From NCBI GenBank assembly GCA_949295395.1, contig CASFLB010000002.1, positions 423-64,422 on the forward strand: a stretch of DNA of 64,000 nt. Direction: 5' to 3'. Below are positions 11,773-21,204 of the stretch, piece by piece. Each line of letters begins with the position of its first letter. The stretch's first letter is position 1. A model generated the notes under the pieces. The model did not search any database. It had not been told where the DNA came from and saw nothing but the letters and a program-made list of their open reading frames with translations. The translations under genes and the position numbers were made by a program. The DNA is from an uncultured Pseudomonadota bacterium. GTDB taxonomy: Bacteria; Pseudomonadota; Alphaproteobacteria; RF32; CAG-239.

Positions 11773-12705
11773 ATGAAACAAGAAATAAAATATAATACCG
11801 ACAATGAGTTAAAAGCCAAGATTGAGAAATGGCTTGAAGAATTGAGCGCGGAGCGCCGCTATTCACCGCACACGATAGATGCCTACGCGCGTGATTTGTC
11901 ATTCTTTACCGAATTTTTCGAAACACCGCTAAACTTAAAAAAACTAAGCCGACTTGATGTCAAAGACTTCAGAGCTTATATCAGCCGTCGTGCCGCCAAA
12001 CATTTAAGCAAAAGCTCTCTAGCGCGAGAAATTTCAACTCTAAGAAGCTTTTTCCGCTGGCTAGATAAAAATGATATTGTTAAAAACACCGCCATAGATG
12101 TGATTAACTCCCCCCGACAAGATAAAATACTTCCGCGTTCCCTAGATGTGTCAGAAGCTTTTGAACTGTTGAATGAATCACCCAACTTTTCTAAAAAAAG
12201 CTGGACGGGCCTCCGCGACCGCGCCATTTTCACATTACTTTACGGCTGCGGCCTACGAATATCAGAGGCCTTGTCCCTAAATTTCGGTGATATTGAACCA
12301 AGCACTCAGCTTTTAAGAATTACCGGTAAAGGCAATAAAACAAGATTAGTTCCGATACTTTCTGAGGTTATTGACACCATCACCGCCTATATCAACGAAT
12401 GTCCTTATAATTTCAAACAAGGAGACGCCCTATTTTTAGGCACACGCGGCGAACGTCTAAGTCCGCGCATCATACAGCGCCAAATGCAAAAGATAAGAGC
12501 TTATCTCGGTTTGCCGGATAATTTAACGCCCCATGCTCTGAGGCATTCCTTTGCCACACATTTACTGGCCGAAGGCACTGACCTGCGCTCCATTCAAGAG
12601 CTTTTGGGCCATGCCTCATTAACCACCACCCAGCGCTATACGGATGTTGAAATTGAAACCTTGCAAAAAGAATATCGCAAAGCACGGCTTCTTGATGATA
12701 AATAA
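11773..12705 (+). CDS. xerC: tyrosine site-specific recombinase XerC/XerD family
   Basis: C-terminal catalytic region HALRHSFATHLL...LLGHASLTTTQRYTDV (R-H-R-Y). 310 aa. Adjacent to priA, as is common in alphaproteobacteria. Confidence 0.8.
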   Translation: MKQEIKYNTDNELKAKIEKWLEELSAERRYSPHTIDAYARDLSFFTEFFETPLNLKKLSRLDVKDFRAYISRRAAKHLSKSSLAREISTLRSFFRWLDKNDIVKNTAIDVINSPRQDKILPRSLDVSEAFELLNESPNFSKKSWTGLRDRAIFTLLYGCGLRISEALSLNFGDIEPSTQLLRITGKGNKTRLVPILSEVIDTITAYINECPYNFKQGDALFLGTRGERLSPRIIQRQMQKIRAYLGLPDNLTPHALRHSFATHLLAEGTDLRSIQELLGHASLTTTQRYTDVEIETLQKEYRKARLLDDK

Positions 12706-12760
12706 CCTTCTTAATAAAAAATCCTAACCGGACAGCTAAGGTATAAAAAACAAAAAAAGC

Positions 12761-12784
12761 CGGCGGAAAACATTTTCTCCGCCG
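12761..12784. terminator. bidirectional hairpin between xerC (+) and rpmG (-)
   Basis: CGGCGGA / TCCGCCG stem with an A-run upstream and a T-rich region downstream. Confidence 0.45.
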
Positions 12785-12820
12785 ACACTTTACTTTTATG
12801 AAAAAAAAACAAACGAGAAA

Positions 12821-12987
12821 TTACTTCAATTTTTTCTCAACGAACTCTTCGTGTTTTTTAGACTTCTTGTCATATTTTTTCAAAGTCAATTTCTCCGGAT
12901 GAGTTCTCGGATTTTTTTCAGCAAGATAAAAAGTGCCGGTACCGGCAGTGCTTTCCAATTTAACTTTAACTTTTACTGCTTTAGCCA
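12821..12987 (-). pseudogene. rpmG: 50S ribosomal protein L33, apparent 1-nt deletion frameshift after codon 9
   Basis: ATG at 12987 with an AAGAG SD gives MAKAVKVKV. The remainder (K)LESTAGTGTFYLAEKNPRTHPEKLTLKKYDKKSKKHEEFVEKKLK* is in the -1 frame. The span is 167 nt rather than 168. The junction lies in the homopolymer region ccaatt-aacttt around 12958-12963. Below the ORF-track length cutoff. Confidence 0.6.
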
Positions 12988-13082
12988 TTTTCAATACTCT
13001 TTTCTAAAAGATTACAAAACAAACATTTGAGCGTACTATACATAAAATTAGGTGAATGTCAACCCTAATTTTACAAAAAAGG

Positions 13083-14201
13083 CTATTTTGCCTTCAGATT
13101 CGTCAAAAGGAAGGCAACAGCCAAGTCAATATCAATACGTCGATCGCCGCGCACTTCTCTCGGACAAACCGAAAATTCTTGCATAACCACATCAAGAGTT
13201 GCCGAGTCTTTAGCACGATACAAGCAAATATCAGGAAAAAGCCCCACACCGTTTATCTTTTTACCTGACGGAGAAAAGATATAAGCATTGGTCAACAGCA
13301 TTTTATTGTCATCGGGCAACGAAACAACATTTTGAGCAGTTCCTTTCCCAAAGGTCTGAGTTCCCCAAACGGTTGCCAACGCATTTTCCTGCATGGCTGC
13401 GGCAAAGACTTCAGCGGAAGACGCCGTCTCGGCATCAACCAAAACCACCATCGGCACACCGGCAATAACACGGCTATCCTCCGCCATAAAGACAGATTTT
13501 TCACCTTGTCGATTCTGTGTAACGGCAATAACCCCATAGTTCATAAACAAACGTACGGTATCAAGAGCGGCTGATAAGGCGCCTCCCCGACACCCCCGCA
13601 AATCAAAAATAATGGCTTGAAGCTCAGCCTGATATTGCATCAAAGCATTTTTAACATTTTGCGGCGTTATTCGGGTAAAGGTTTTAATTTTAACATAAAG
13701 AATACCATCATCAAGCATCCGCGCGGCAAAATCGCGAGAAAAGCGCAACTTTTCATCATCAGGAAACAGAGCGGATAAATACCTTGAATGTGCATCAAGA
13801 GATGAAACTGCTTGTTTCAACATAACATCTGTCAGCTCAAAATCTTTACTTTTAATAAGAGGAGAAGCCTCTTTAGCCGCATCGGTTGCTTTCAAAATAA
13901 GCCGAACCCAAGCCTCGGCCTCAAATTGCTTTTGATAAGAAGGCTTTTGGATGCTACGAAAAACTTTTGAGTTATAATAAAGGGTTACGCGCGATTTATC
14001 ATCCGCGACAATAAGTTTTGGATCAAGCAGAGACAGCCCCTTTAGCGCGGAGATAGAAAAAGAATCATAATCGGTCTTTCCCAGAAAAGAATCATGTACC
14101 GAGGTTAAAACCTCAGTCAGCAAAGCACGATTATCAGCACGCGCCTCACCGGCAGCACACCAAAGACACAAACTTAAAACAAAAAAAACAACCCGCCGCA
14201 T
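13083..14201 (-). CDS. ctpA: S41 family C-terminal processing peptidase (CtpA-like), exported
   Basis: Signal peptide MRRVVFFVLSLCLWCAAGEA. Motifs IFDLRGCRGG, ETASSAE (Ser) and TFGKGT (Lys). Confidence 0.8.
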   Translation of the reverse strand: MRRVVFFVLSLCLWCAAGEARADNRALLTEVLTSVHDSFLGKTDYDSFSISALKGLSLLDPKLIVADDKSRVTLYYNSKVFRSIQKPSYQKQFEAEAWVRLILKATDAAKEASPLIKSKDFELTDVMLKQAVSSLDAHSRYLSALFPDDEKLRFSRDFAARMLDDGILYVKIKTFTRITPQNVKNALMQYQAELQAIIFDLRGCRGGALSAALDTVRLFMNYGVIAVTQNRQGEKSVFMAEDSRVIAGVPMVVLVDAETASSAEVFAAAMQENALATVWGTQTFGKGTAQNVVSLPDDNKMLLTNAYIFSPSGKKINGVGLFPDICLYRAKDSATLDVVMQEFSVCPREVRGDRRIDIDLAVAFLLTNLKAK

Positions 14202-14286
14202 AGAACCTCTACAAACAAATAGACTTATATTCTATGTAGCGGATAAGATAAAAAGACGCAAGCCCGTAAAGCAAACAATCCACCAA

Positions 14287-15078
14287 TCATTTAAGAACGG
14301 CAACCAAAGGAGCATGGTCGGAAGGTTTATCATCGGCACGTGTTTGACGGTCAACAAAACACGTTTCCAAACGATCAACCGCTTTAGGCGAAAGCATCAA
14401 ATAATCGATTCGCATACCTTGATCGGCAGCCAAAGCACTTCCGGCATAATCCCAATAGGTATAGCCTGCCTCATGTGGATTAAGGCAACGATACGCATCA
14501 TAATATCCAAGATATTCAAGAGCTTTGAAGCGTTGTTTCACTTCTTCTCTGAACAAAGCGTTGTGGCGAAACTCCTCAGGATTATAAACATCAAAATCGG
14601 TTAAAATCACATTATAATCTCCGCCCAAAACAACGTTTTTTCCACTTTTAAGCAAATCCGCCGCCCGAGCATAAAACGCATTCATCCACTTGAGTTTATA
14701 GGTAAATTTCGACTCATCATCAGGATTATTATAAGGAGGATTACCGTTCGGCAAATACAACGACGCGGCTCGAACAGCCTCACCTTCAACCATAACATCG
14801 GCTTCGATATAACGCGCGTTTTCATCGTCAAAATCAGGCAACCCTTCAACCACATTCAAAATTTTGTGCGGACTAAGCAATGCCACGCCGTTATAGCTTT
14901 TTTGGCCAATAAACTTAGCATTATAACCGGCAGAATTAAGCTCAAACAGCGGAAAATCATTAAAAACACATTTAAGTTCCTGCAACATCAGAATATCAGG
15001 CTTTTCTCGCGCCAAAAACTTGAGCAGATTCGGTAAACGCGCGTTTATAGAATTAACGTTATAAGTAGCAACTTTCAT
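14287..15078 (-). CDS. xth: exodeoxyribonuclease III
   Basis: 263 aa. MKVATYNVNSINARL... and a C-terminal SDHAP motif typical of ExoIII/APE. Confidence 0.9.
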   Translation of the reverse strand: MKVATYNVNSINARLPNLLKFLAREKPDILMLQELKCVFNDFPLFELNSAGYNAKFIGQKSYNGVALLSPHKILNVVEGLPDFDDENARYIEADVMVEGEAVRAASLYLPNGNPPYNNPDDESKFTYKLKWMNAFYARAADLLKSGKNVVLGGDYNVILTDFDVYNPEEFRHNALFREEVKQRFKALEYLGYYDAYRCLNPHEAGYTYWDYAGSALAADQGMRIDYLMLSPKAVDRLETCFVDRQTRADDKPSDHAPLVAVLK

Positions 15079-15144
15079 ATTTTAACCTTTAATAAATGAT
15101 AATTGATTATAAAACAATTAAAGCAAAAAGAAAGGAAAAAAGCG

Positions 15145-16302
15145 ATGAAATTAGCAAGTTATGCCACCAAGGCCGAAAACAGCAAAGGAAGGATGTACCC
15201 TGATTTTCCGATAACAAATCGCTCTCCGTTTCAAAGAGACCGAGACAGACTGATTCATTCGGCCTCATTCCGAAGATTAGACGGCAAGACCCAAGTTTTT
15301 GCTTACCATGAAGGACGAAACTATCGCACACGCTTAACCCACAGCATTGAAGTATCGCAAATCACCCGCACGCTGTGCAAAAGCCTTAATTTAAACGAAG
15401 AATTAGGAGAAGCGGTTGCTTTAGCGCATGATTTGGGCCATTCACCGTTCGGTCATGCCGGCGAAAGAGCCCTGCAAAATTCTATGAAAAACTTCGGCGG
15501 ATTTGATCATAATATAAATTCGCTTAAAATTATCACCAAGCTGGAAGAACGCTATCCCGAATTTCCAGGGCTTAACCTCACCTGGGAAACCATAGAAGCC
15601 ACGGTCAAACACCATGGTCCAATGAAAAAAATAGAGTCGCAATACTTAAAAGACTTCAACAAAAAATTTGATTTGGATTTAAAAAATTACCCTTCCCTTG
15701 AAGGCCAGGTCGGAGCCATAGCCGATGACATTGCTTATAACAATCATGACATAGATGATGGCTTCCGCGCCGGATTTTTCACACTAGAACAATTAAGAGA
15801 GCTCCCCTTTATTGATAAAATCGTCAGCGAGTTTAACAAAAAATATCCCAACGTCACCAATCCCGAAATCAAAATTTATGGCGTTACCAGAAACCTCATC
15901 GCCCAAATGATATTCGATGTTATGGCCAATGCCAAAAACAACATAAAAACTTATAAAATAGAAACACCGGAAGACGCTCGCAAACAAAAGTTGTTCATCA
16001 TCGACTTTTCAGAGTCGATGAAACAAAACATCAAAGCGTTAAGATGTTTTCTTAAAGAAAATTTTTATACCACGACACCGATTGCTCGTATGGACATGAA
16101 ATCCCAAAGACTTGTTGAAGAACTGTTTGATTTATTTATGAACAATCCCAAACTTCTGCCAATGGATATCCGAAAGAAACTTCCCACAAACGATAAAGAC
16201 AAGGAACTCGCGGAAACAATCTGTGATTACATAGCCAACATGACCGACATTATGGCCATAGAAGAACATACACGGCTTTTTGACCCGAATACGAGATTTT
16301 AA
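15145..16302 (+). CDS. dgt: dGTP triphosphohydrolase-like HD-domain protein
   Basis: HD motifs THSIEVSQI and HDLGHSPFGH. Likely start MKLASYATKAE, with an AAGGA SD 8 nt upstream; the ORF track starts at 15103. Confidence 0.85.
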   Translation: MKLASYATKAENSKGRMYPDFPITNRSPFQRDRDRLIHSASFRRLDGKTQVFAYHEGRNYRTRLTHSIEVSQITRTLCKSLNLNEELGEAVALAHDLGHSPFGHAGERALQNSMKNFGGFDHNINSLKIITKLEERYPEFPGLNLTWETIEATVKHHGPMKKIESQYLKDFNKKFDLDLKNYPSLEGQVGAIADDIAYNNHDIDDGFRAGFFTLEQLRELPFIDKIVSEFNKKYPNVTNPEIKIYGVTRNLIAQMIFDVMANAKNNIKTYKIETPEDARKQKLFIIDFSESMKQNIKALRCFLKENFYTTTPIARMDMKSQRLVEELFDLFMNNPKLLPMDIRKKLPTNDKDKELAETICDYIANMTDIMAIEEHTRLFDPNTRF

Positions 16303-16378
16303 GGACCGTTAAGGGATTATAAATTATTTCGATACTATACTGACAAAAACGAAATCTAACAAAGAGGATATAGAGACC

Positions 16379-17341
16379 ATGTTTCAAGAATTTCCGGAAG
16401 ACAACACAAGTGACAATTACTTGAATGAACGCCGTCAAAAAATAGCTGAAGAAGGTTTTCTGAACTATGAGGAACAGCGCAACGATTTAAAACGGTCTCG
16501 AAGCGTCTTTATCGGTGCCGTATCAGGATTAGCTCTCGCCGCCGTTGTAGGATGGTTTGCTTTATCACCACGCTACGCGGTAGAAAATGCGGCTCAAATA
16601 CCGACCATTCGTCGTCCGCAAACAGCCGTAAAAGTCAAACCGGAAAATCCGGGTGGCATGGAAATTCTAAATCAAGACAAAACAGTCTATGACATCATTG
16701 AAAAAGAACCACAAAAGGCTGAGGTAGAAAGCGTTTTACCGCCACCAGAGCAACCGATTCTACCAACAATTACAGCCTCGGCAGAACCAACCAATACGGC
16801 CATGGCTCCGATTGAAGAAACCAAAACAGTCGAAGAAGCTGCCGTAAAATCACTTTCAGAACCAAAAACCGTTGTCAATGAACAACCGGAAATAAAGCTT
16901 CCCACCATAAAAGAAGCCTCAATCGAAAAAAATGAAGCAAAAGAAATTAAAGCGCCCAAAGACATCAAAGCGGCTGAACAACCTATTGCGGCTAAACCCA
17001 CAACAGCGGTATCAAAATCAACCGCAAGCATATTAGAAAATATTGCTCAGGATAAAACACCGCAAAAAGAAGTTAAAGCCGCAACAGCACAAGGAGGAGA
17101 TTGGCAAGTACAAATCATGTCATCACCCAACAAAAAAGCCGTTGATGGCGCATGGAGCGGGCTCGTCAAGAAACATCCCCAGCTGGCTTCAGAACCTCAT
17201 GAAGTTGAAACCGCGGATTTAGGAGCTAAAGGAACCTACTATCGCCTCAAAGCCGGTGCTTTTTCAAGCCGCGAAGGTGCAGATAAATTATGCAATTCAA
17301 TCAAGGCTCAAGGCGGAAGCTGCATTGTAAAGAAAAAATAA
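16379..17341 (+). CDS. SPOR-domain (septal peptidoglycan-binding) protein with TM anchor and low-complexity linker
   Basis: TM segment FIGAVSGLALAAVVGWFAL, Pro/Glu/Lys-rich linker, and C-terminal SPOR-like GGDWQVQIMSS...YYRLKAGAFSSREGADKLCNSIKAQGGSCIV. Confidence 0.7.
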   Translation: MFQEFPEDNTSDNYLNERRQKIAEEGFLNYEEQRNDLKRSRSVFIGAVSGLALAAVVGWFALSPRYAVENAAQIPTIRRPQTAVKVKPENPGGMEILNQDKTVYDIIEKEPQKAEVESVLPPPEQPILPTITASAEPTNTAMAPIEETKTVEEAAVKSLSEPKTVVNEQPEIKLPTIKEASIEKNEAKEIKAPKDIKAAEQPIAAKPTTAVSKSTASILENIAQDKTPQKEVKAATAQGGDWQVQIMSSPNKKAVDGAWSGLVKKHPQLASEPHEVETADLGAKGTYYRLKAGAFSSREGADKLCNSIKAQGGSCIVKKK

Positions 17342-17342
17342 A

Positions 17343-18005
17343 ATGAACTTATTAATACAAACAGGTGTCACGTTTATACCGGCCATGATAGCCATTATTG
17401 CCCATGAAATTGCTCATGGTTGGATGGCGAACAGGCTCGGTGACGACACCGCCAAAAGAGCGGGACGCTTATCCTTAAATCCCCTCAAACACCTTGATAT
17501 GGTTGGCACCATTATTCTTCCGGTACTTTTGATAATGGCACATACAGGTATTATTTTTGGCTGGGCAAAGCCGGTTCCGGTTAATTACCACAACTTAAGC
17601 AAACCCAAAAGAGACATTATATTAGTAGCCTCGGCCGGAATATTGATGAACATCTATTTGGCAATCATCGGAGCATTGATGAGTTATCTATGTTCCTTTA
17701 TACCCTCACCCAATATACAGCTTTTTTGTGCCGTATTTTTTATCAACTTTATGATATTTAATATCATACTTGCCGTATTTAATGCCATACCAATTCCGCC
17801 GTTAGATGGGTCAAAAATTTTGTTTGGCTGGTCTCAAAAAAGTTGGGCTCAAAAATATGTAAACGCCGAACGAGAAGGCATGATAGCTATAATCGCGCTT
17901 GCTTTTGTTATTCCGCTATTTTTGCAAAAGCTTGGCATAAATTTTGATATTTTCGGCTGGTATATCCGAAACGTCACACAAAAAATCAGTTCAATACTAA
18001 TGTAG
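17343..18005 (+). CDS. M50 family (site-2 protease-like) membrane metallopeptidase
   Basis: HEIAHGW (HExxH) and PIPPLDG (LDG motif). Multiple TM helices. 220 aa. Confidence 0.7.
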   Translation: MNLLIQTGVTFIPAMIAIIAHEIAHGWMANRLGDDTAKRAGRLSLNPLKHLDMVGTIILPVLLIMAHTGIIFGWAKPVPVNYHNLSKPKRDIILVASAGILMNIYLAIIGALMSYLCSFIPSPNIQLFCAVFFINFMIFNIILAVFNAIPIPPLDGSKILFGWSQKSWAQKYVNAEREGMIAIIALAFVIPLFLQKLGINFDIFGWYIRNVTQKISSILM

Positions 18006-18012
18006 GCCAAGA

Positions 18013-19086
18013 ATGACAAAAGAAATCGGAGCGGCACTTTTATCCTTATCAGGCCCACGCATAACCTCGCAAGAAAAAGAGCTAATAAAGAGAGCCAATC
18101 CTCTAGGCTTTTGCTTTTTCGGTCGAAACATAGAAAACAAAAAACAACTTCAAAATCTCACCCAAGAAATCAAAGATTTGCTGGAAAGAGAAGATATTAT
18201 TTTTGCCATAGATCAAGAAGGTGGACGTGTCAGACGTCTTCATGAACCGGAATTTTCATCTTACGCCAGTCAGCAAACCATAGGTCGCCTTTATTCGGAA
18301 AAATCCCCCGAAGCCGCTAAAGAAGCGGCGCGTCTGCATGCCGCTCTTATCAGCAAAGATTTAAAACAATGCGGTTTAAACATGAACTTAGCTCCAGTTC
18401 TAGACCTTGGGCATAAAGAAACCACGCCAGCTGTAGCCAGTCGCTGTTTTTCATCTTCCGCTTTAATTGCAAGCGAACTCGGAAAAATAATGGTTGATGA
18501 ATATATCCAAAACGGGATAATCCCCTGCATAAAGCATCTCCCCGGACATGGTCGTGCTGCCGTAGATCCACATCTTGATTTACCGTTTATCGCCCTCTCT
18601 CTAGAAAAGCTAGATGAAGATTTTACACCCTTCAGAAAATTAAACACGTCACCTTGTGGCATGACAGCCCATATTGTCGTCAAAGCAATAGATAAAGACA
18701 ATCCGATAACCTTGAGTGCCATAGGCATAAAAGAAATTATAAGAAACAGAATTGGCTTCAAAGGTTTTTTATTTTCAGATGCCATAGAAATGCATGCCTT
18801 AAAAGGCAGCCTTACAGAACGCGGTTTAAAAAGTTTAGAAGCCGGATGCGATGCTTATTGCTATAGCCGCGGCAAATTAGAAGAACTCCAAGAGCTCAGT
18901 GAGACGTTGCCACCGCTAAGTCCAAAGAGTCTTAAACGCTTTTCAGAATTAAAAAAAATATTAAACAACAAACCATTAGCCTTAGACACGACCGCTCGTT
19001 CGCGTTACGAAAAGCTTCTAAACGCAATTACCCCCTATGAAGAAAGTTACGATTCAACGCTTGTCCTAATGGAAATGAGTAAATAA
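18013..19086 (+). CDS. nagZ: beta-N-acetylhexosaminidase (GH3)
   Basis: KHLPGHGRAAVDPH motif and GH3 N-terminal domain conservation. 357 aa. Confidence 0.85.
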   Translation: MTKEIGAALLSLSGPRITSQEKELIKRANPLGFCFFGRNIENKKQLQNLTQEIKDLLEREDIIFAIDQEGGRVRRLHEPEFSSYASQQTIGRLYSEKSPEAAKEAARLHAALISKDLKQCGLNMNLAPVLDLGHKETTPAVASRCFSSSALIASELGKIMVDEYIQNGIIPCIKHLPGHGRAAVDPHLDLPFIALSLEKLDEDFTPFRKLNTSPCGMTAHIVVKAIDKDNPITLSAIGIKEIIRNRIGFKGFLFSDAIEMHALKGSLTERGLKSLEAGCDAYCYSRGKLEELQELSETLPPLSPKSLKRFSELKKILNNKPLALDTTARSRYEKLLNAITPYEESYDSTLVLMEMSK

Positions 19087-19180
19087 TAAATTATTTCAAG
19101 ACATTAATTCATTTTTTTATAGCATTTTATAAATAAACGTGATAAGATGATAAAAGAAAATCAGAACCACGGAGAGTGCT

Positions 19181-19639
19181 ATGAATATATCCGCTACCAG
19201 AAGAGTAACCGGTTCATCAAGCACGAGAAAGGCCTCAAACTCCCGTGCGAGTAAGAGTACAAGCGCTTTCAATGCTAATGAACAGAATGTTGAAATGATA
19301 GATGTCTCCAACAAAGTGCAGGTTAACGCTGACACTTATGATGATGAGCGCGGTCAAAAAAACAAAGAAAAGCCCTCAAAAGAAAAAGATGATAAAAGCT
19401 TAATAAGCCAAAACACCTATGTCCCCGGAGCCGTCGAGGCTCTAACGGCTGATGGTGTTTATGACGGCTCAAGCTCGGCCGGACGAAGCCAAAACCAAAA
19501 AGTCGGAGTTTACCACACCAACCAAAACATTTATGATAGGGAAGAAAACGCCGAACTTGACCGCTATTACAACGAAAACTATGTTAAACATTTATACGAA
19601 AAAAACGAACCTCTGGAAGAGATTGACGAACTGGTATAA
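19181..19639 (+). CDS. hypothetical low-complexity (S/T/K/D/E/N-rich) protein, 152 aa
   Basis: ORF with a GGAGAG SD. No signal peptide and no recognisable domain. Predicted disordered. A hairpin follows. Confidence 0.45.
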   Translation: MNISATRRVTGSSSTRKASNSRASKSTSAFNANEQNVEMIDVSNKVQVNADTYDDERGQKNKEKPSKEKDDKSLISQNTYVPGAVEALTADGVYDGSSSAGRSQNQKVGVYHTNQNIYDREENAELDRYYNENYVKHLYEKNEPLEEIDELV

Positions 19640-19643
19640 AAAA

Positions 19644-19668
19644 AGCTCCCGAAATGGGAGCTTTATCA
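19644..19668 (+). terminator. hairpin terminator downstream of ORF152
   Basis: AGCTCCC-GAAAT-GGGAGCT followed by a short T tract. Overlaps the 3' end of tRNA-His on the other strand. Confidence 0.35.
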
Positions 19669-19739
19669 AACCTGGGGCGAACGATCGGGCTCGAACCGAC
19701 GACAACCGGTACCACAAACCGGGGCTCTACCAACTGAGC
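19663..19739 (-). tRNA. tRNA-His (anticodon GTG) with genomically encoded G-1, C73 and CCA
   Basis: Reverse complement G-GCGAACG-TA-GCTC-AGTTGGTA-GAGC-C-CCGGT-TTGTGGT-ACCGG-TTGTC-GTCGG-TTCGAGC-CCGAT-CGTTCGC-C-CCA. Acceptor 7 bp perfect. Anticodon loop T-T-GTG-G-T. Confidence 0.85.
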
Positions 19740-19902
19740 TACGTTCGCCATCAGCGACAAAACTTATTTACATACAAACAACAAAAAAGTCAAGCATAAA
19801 AAATGCAAAATCATGAAAATTTATCATTCTAAAATTAACCCTTTATTTTCTTTTTAAGATTTACAATAACGCAAATCATAAAAAACGGGAAATTAAGAAT
19901 TT

Positions 19903-21204
19903 ATGATATATTTATGGAAAACACTTTCTAAGCAAATAAGTCTTGCCCTTATTGGCGCAGCATTTTGTGTTATAAGCAGCACACCGGCTCAAGCCGATGT
20001 GTCATCAATTATGATTGACGCCCAAACCGGAGAAGTTTTATCGGCACAACGAGCCGATAAGTTAAGATATCCGGCCTCATTAACCAAATTGATGACCTTA
20101 TACATTGCCTTTGATGCACTAGAAAGAGGCATTATAAAGATGGATGATGAACTTCCCGTCTCACGCAAAGCGGCCAACCGCTCTCCCTCACGTCTAGGAC
20201 TTAAACCTGGCAGTAAAATCACGGTTAGAAAAATAATTGAAGCCCTAATTGTCAAATCAGCAAACGATTGCGCAACGGTATTAGCAGAAGGTCTCGGTTA
20301 TTCGGAAGAAAACTTTGCCAAAACGATGACCCTAGTAGCCAAAGAGCTGGGTATGAAGAACACAACATTTAAAAACGCCTCGGGACTTCCAAACAGACAA
20401 CAAAAAACCACCGCTCGCGACATTGCACTTTTAGCCGCAGCGATGTATCACCATTTTCCACAATATTATGATTTATTTTCTCTGCGCAAATTTTCCTATC
20501 AAGGCAAAACCTATTACACGCACAACCACATCTTAAAAAATTTTGAAGGAGCTGACGGCATGAAAACGGGTTTTACGAACGCCGCCGGCTATAATATTGT
20601 AACCTCAGCTCAACGAGATGGCCAACGCGTGATTGCCGTAACGATGGGACATAACACACTCAAAGCACGCGATAAAAAAGTTGCCCAAATGATGGAACAA
20701 GGTTTGACCAAACTAGCCTTAAACAGCAAAATGGAAAAAGCAAATCTTTATGCAGAAATCTTAAAAGAACAGAAAAAACCTCAAGACATCGAAAAACAAT
20801 TGGCTGACAACAAAACGACCAACCTTGACAATGACACGGAAGAAGAAAATGCTAATCCGCAAATTGAACAAGGAAGTGCAGACACGGAACAAACAATTGC
20901 GGCCATTGAAAAAGAGCTGGAAGCACAGCCCAGTTGGGACATACAAGTCGGAGCCTTTTCAAACTATGCCAAGGCTCGCCAGTATGCCCAAAAGATACAA
21001 ACCAAACAATTCAAAGATTGCAAAGAATGCGAGATAAAAGTTGAAGCCGCCGAAAGCGCCTCCGCCATTATCTATCGAGCCAAAATCATTGGTTTTGAAA
21101 AAAATGATGCTGATAAAGCATGTAAGCGTTTGAAAAATGCAAGCATATCATGTATAGTTGTTAAGAACGATTCGGAAACAACTGTAACAATGGCATCGAG
21201 GTAA
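19903..21204 (+). CDS. dacA: D-alanyl-D-alanine carboxypeptidase (S11, PBP5/6-like) with C-terminal SPOR domain
   Basis: Signal peptide. SLTKLMT (SxxK), SAND (SxN) and KTGFT (KTG) motifs. C-terminal SWDIQVGAFSNYAKARQYAQKIQ...ISCIVVK SPOR-like region. Confidence 0.85.
   Translation: MIYLWKTLSKQISLALIGAAFCVISSTPAQADVSSIMIDAQTGEVLSAQRADKLRYPASLTKLMTLYIAFDALERGIIKMDDELPVSRKAANRSPSRLGLKPGSKITVRKIIEALIVKSANDCATVLAEGLGYSEENFAKTMTLVAKELGMKNTTFKNASGLPNRQQKTTARDIALLAAAMYHHFPQYYDLFSLRKFSYQGKTYYTHNHILKNFEGADGMKTGFTNAAGYNIVTSAQRDGQRVIAVTMGHNTLKARDKKVAQMMEQGLTKLALNSKMEKANLYAEILKEQKKPQDIEKQLADNKTTNLDNDTEEENANPQIEQGSADTEQTIAAIEKELEAQPSWDIQVGAFSNYAKARQYAQKIQTKQFKDCKECEIKVEAAESASAIIYRAKIIGFEKNDADKACKRLKNASISCIVVKNDSETTVTMASR

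Noticed and set aside
16687-17031. 114-aa antisense ORF within the SPOR-protein gene.
   Set aside because: Reflects the repetitive low-complexity linker on the opposite strand. No independent support.
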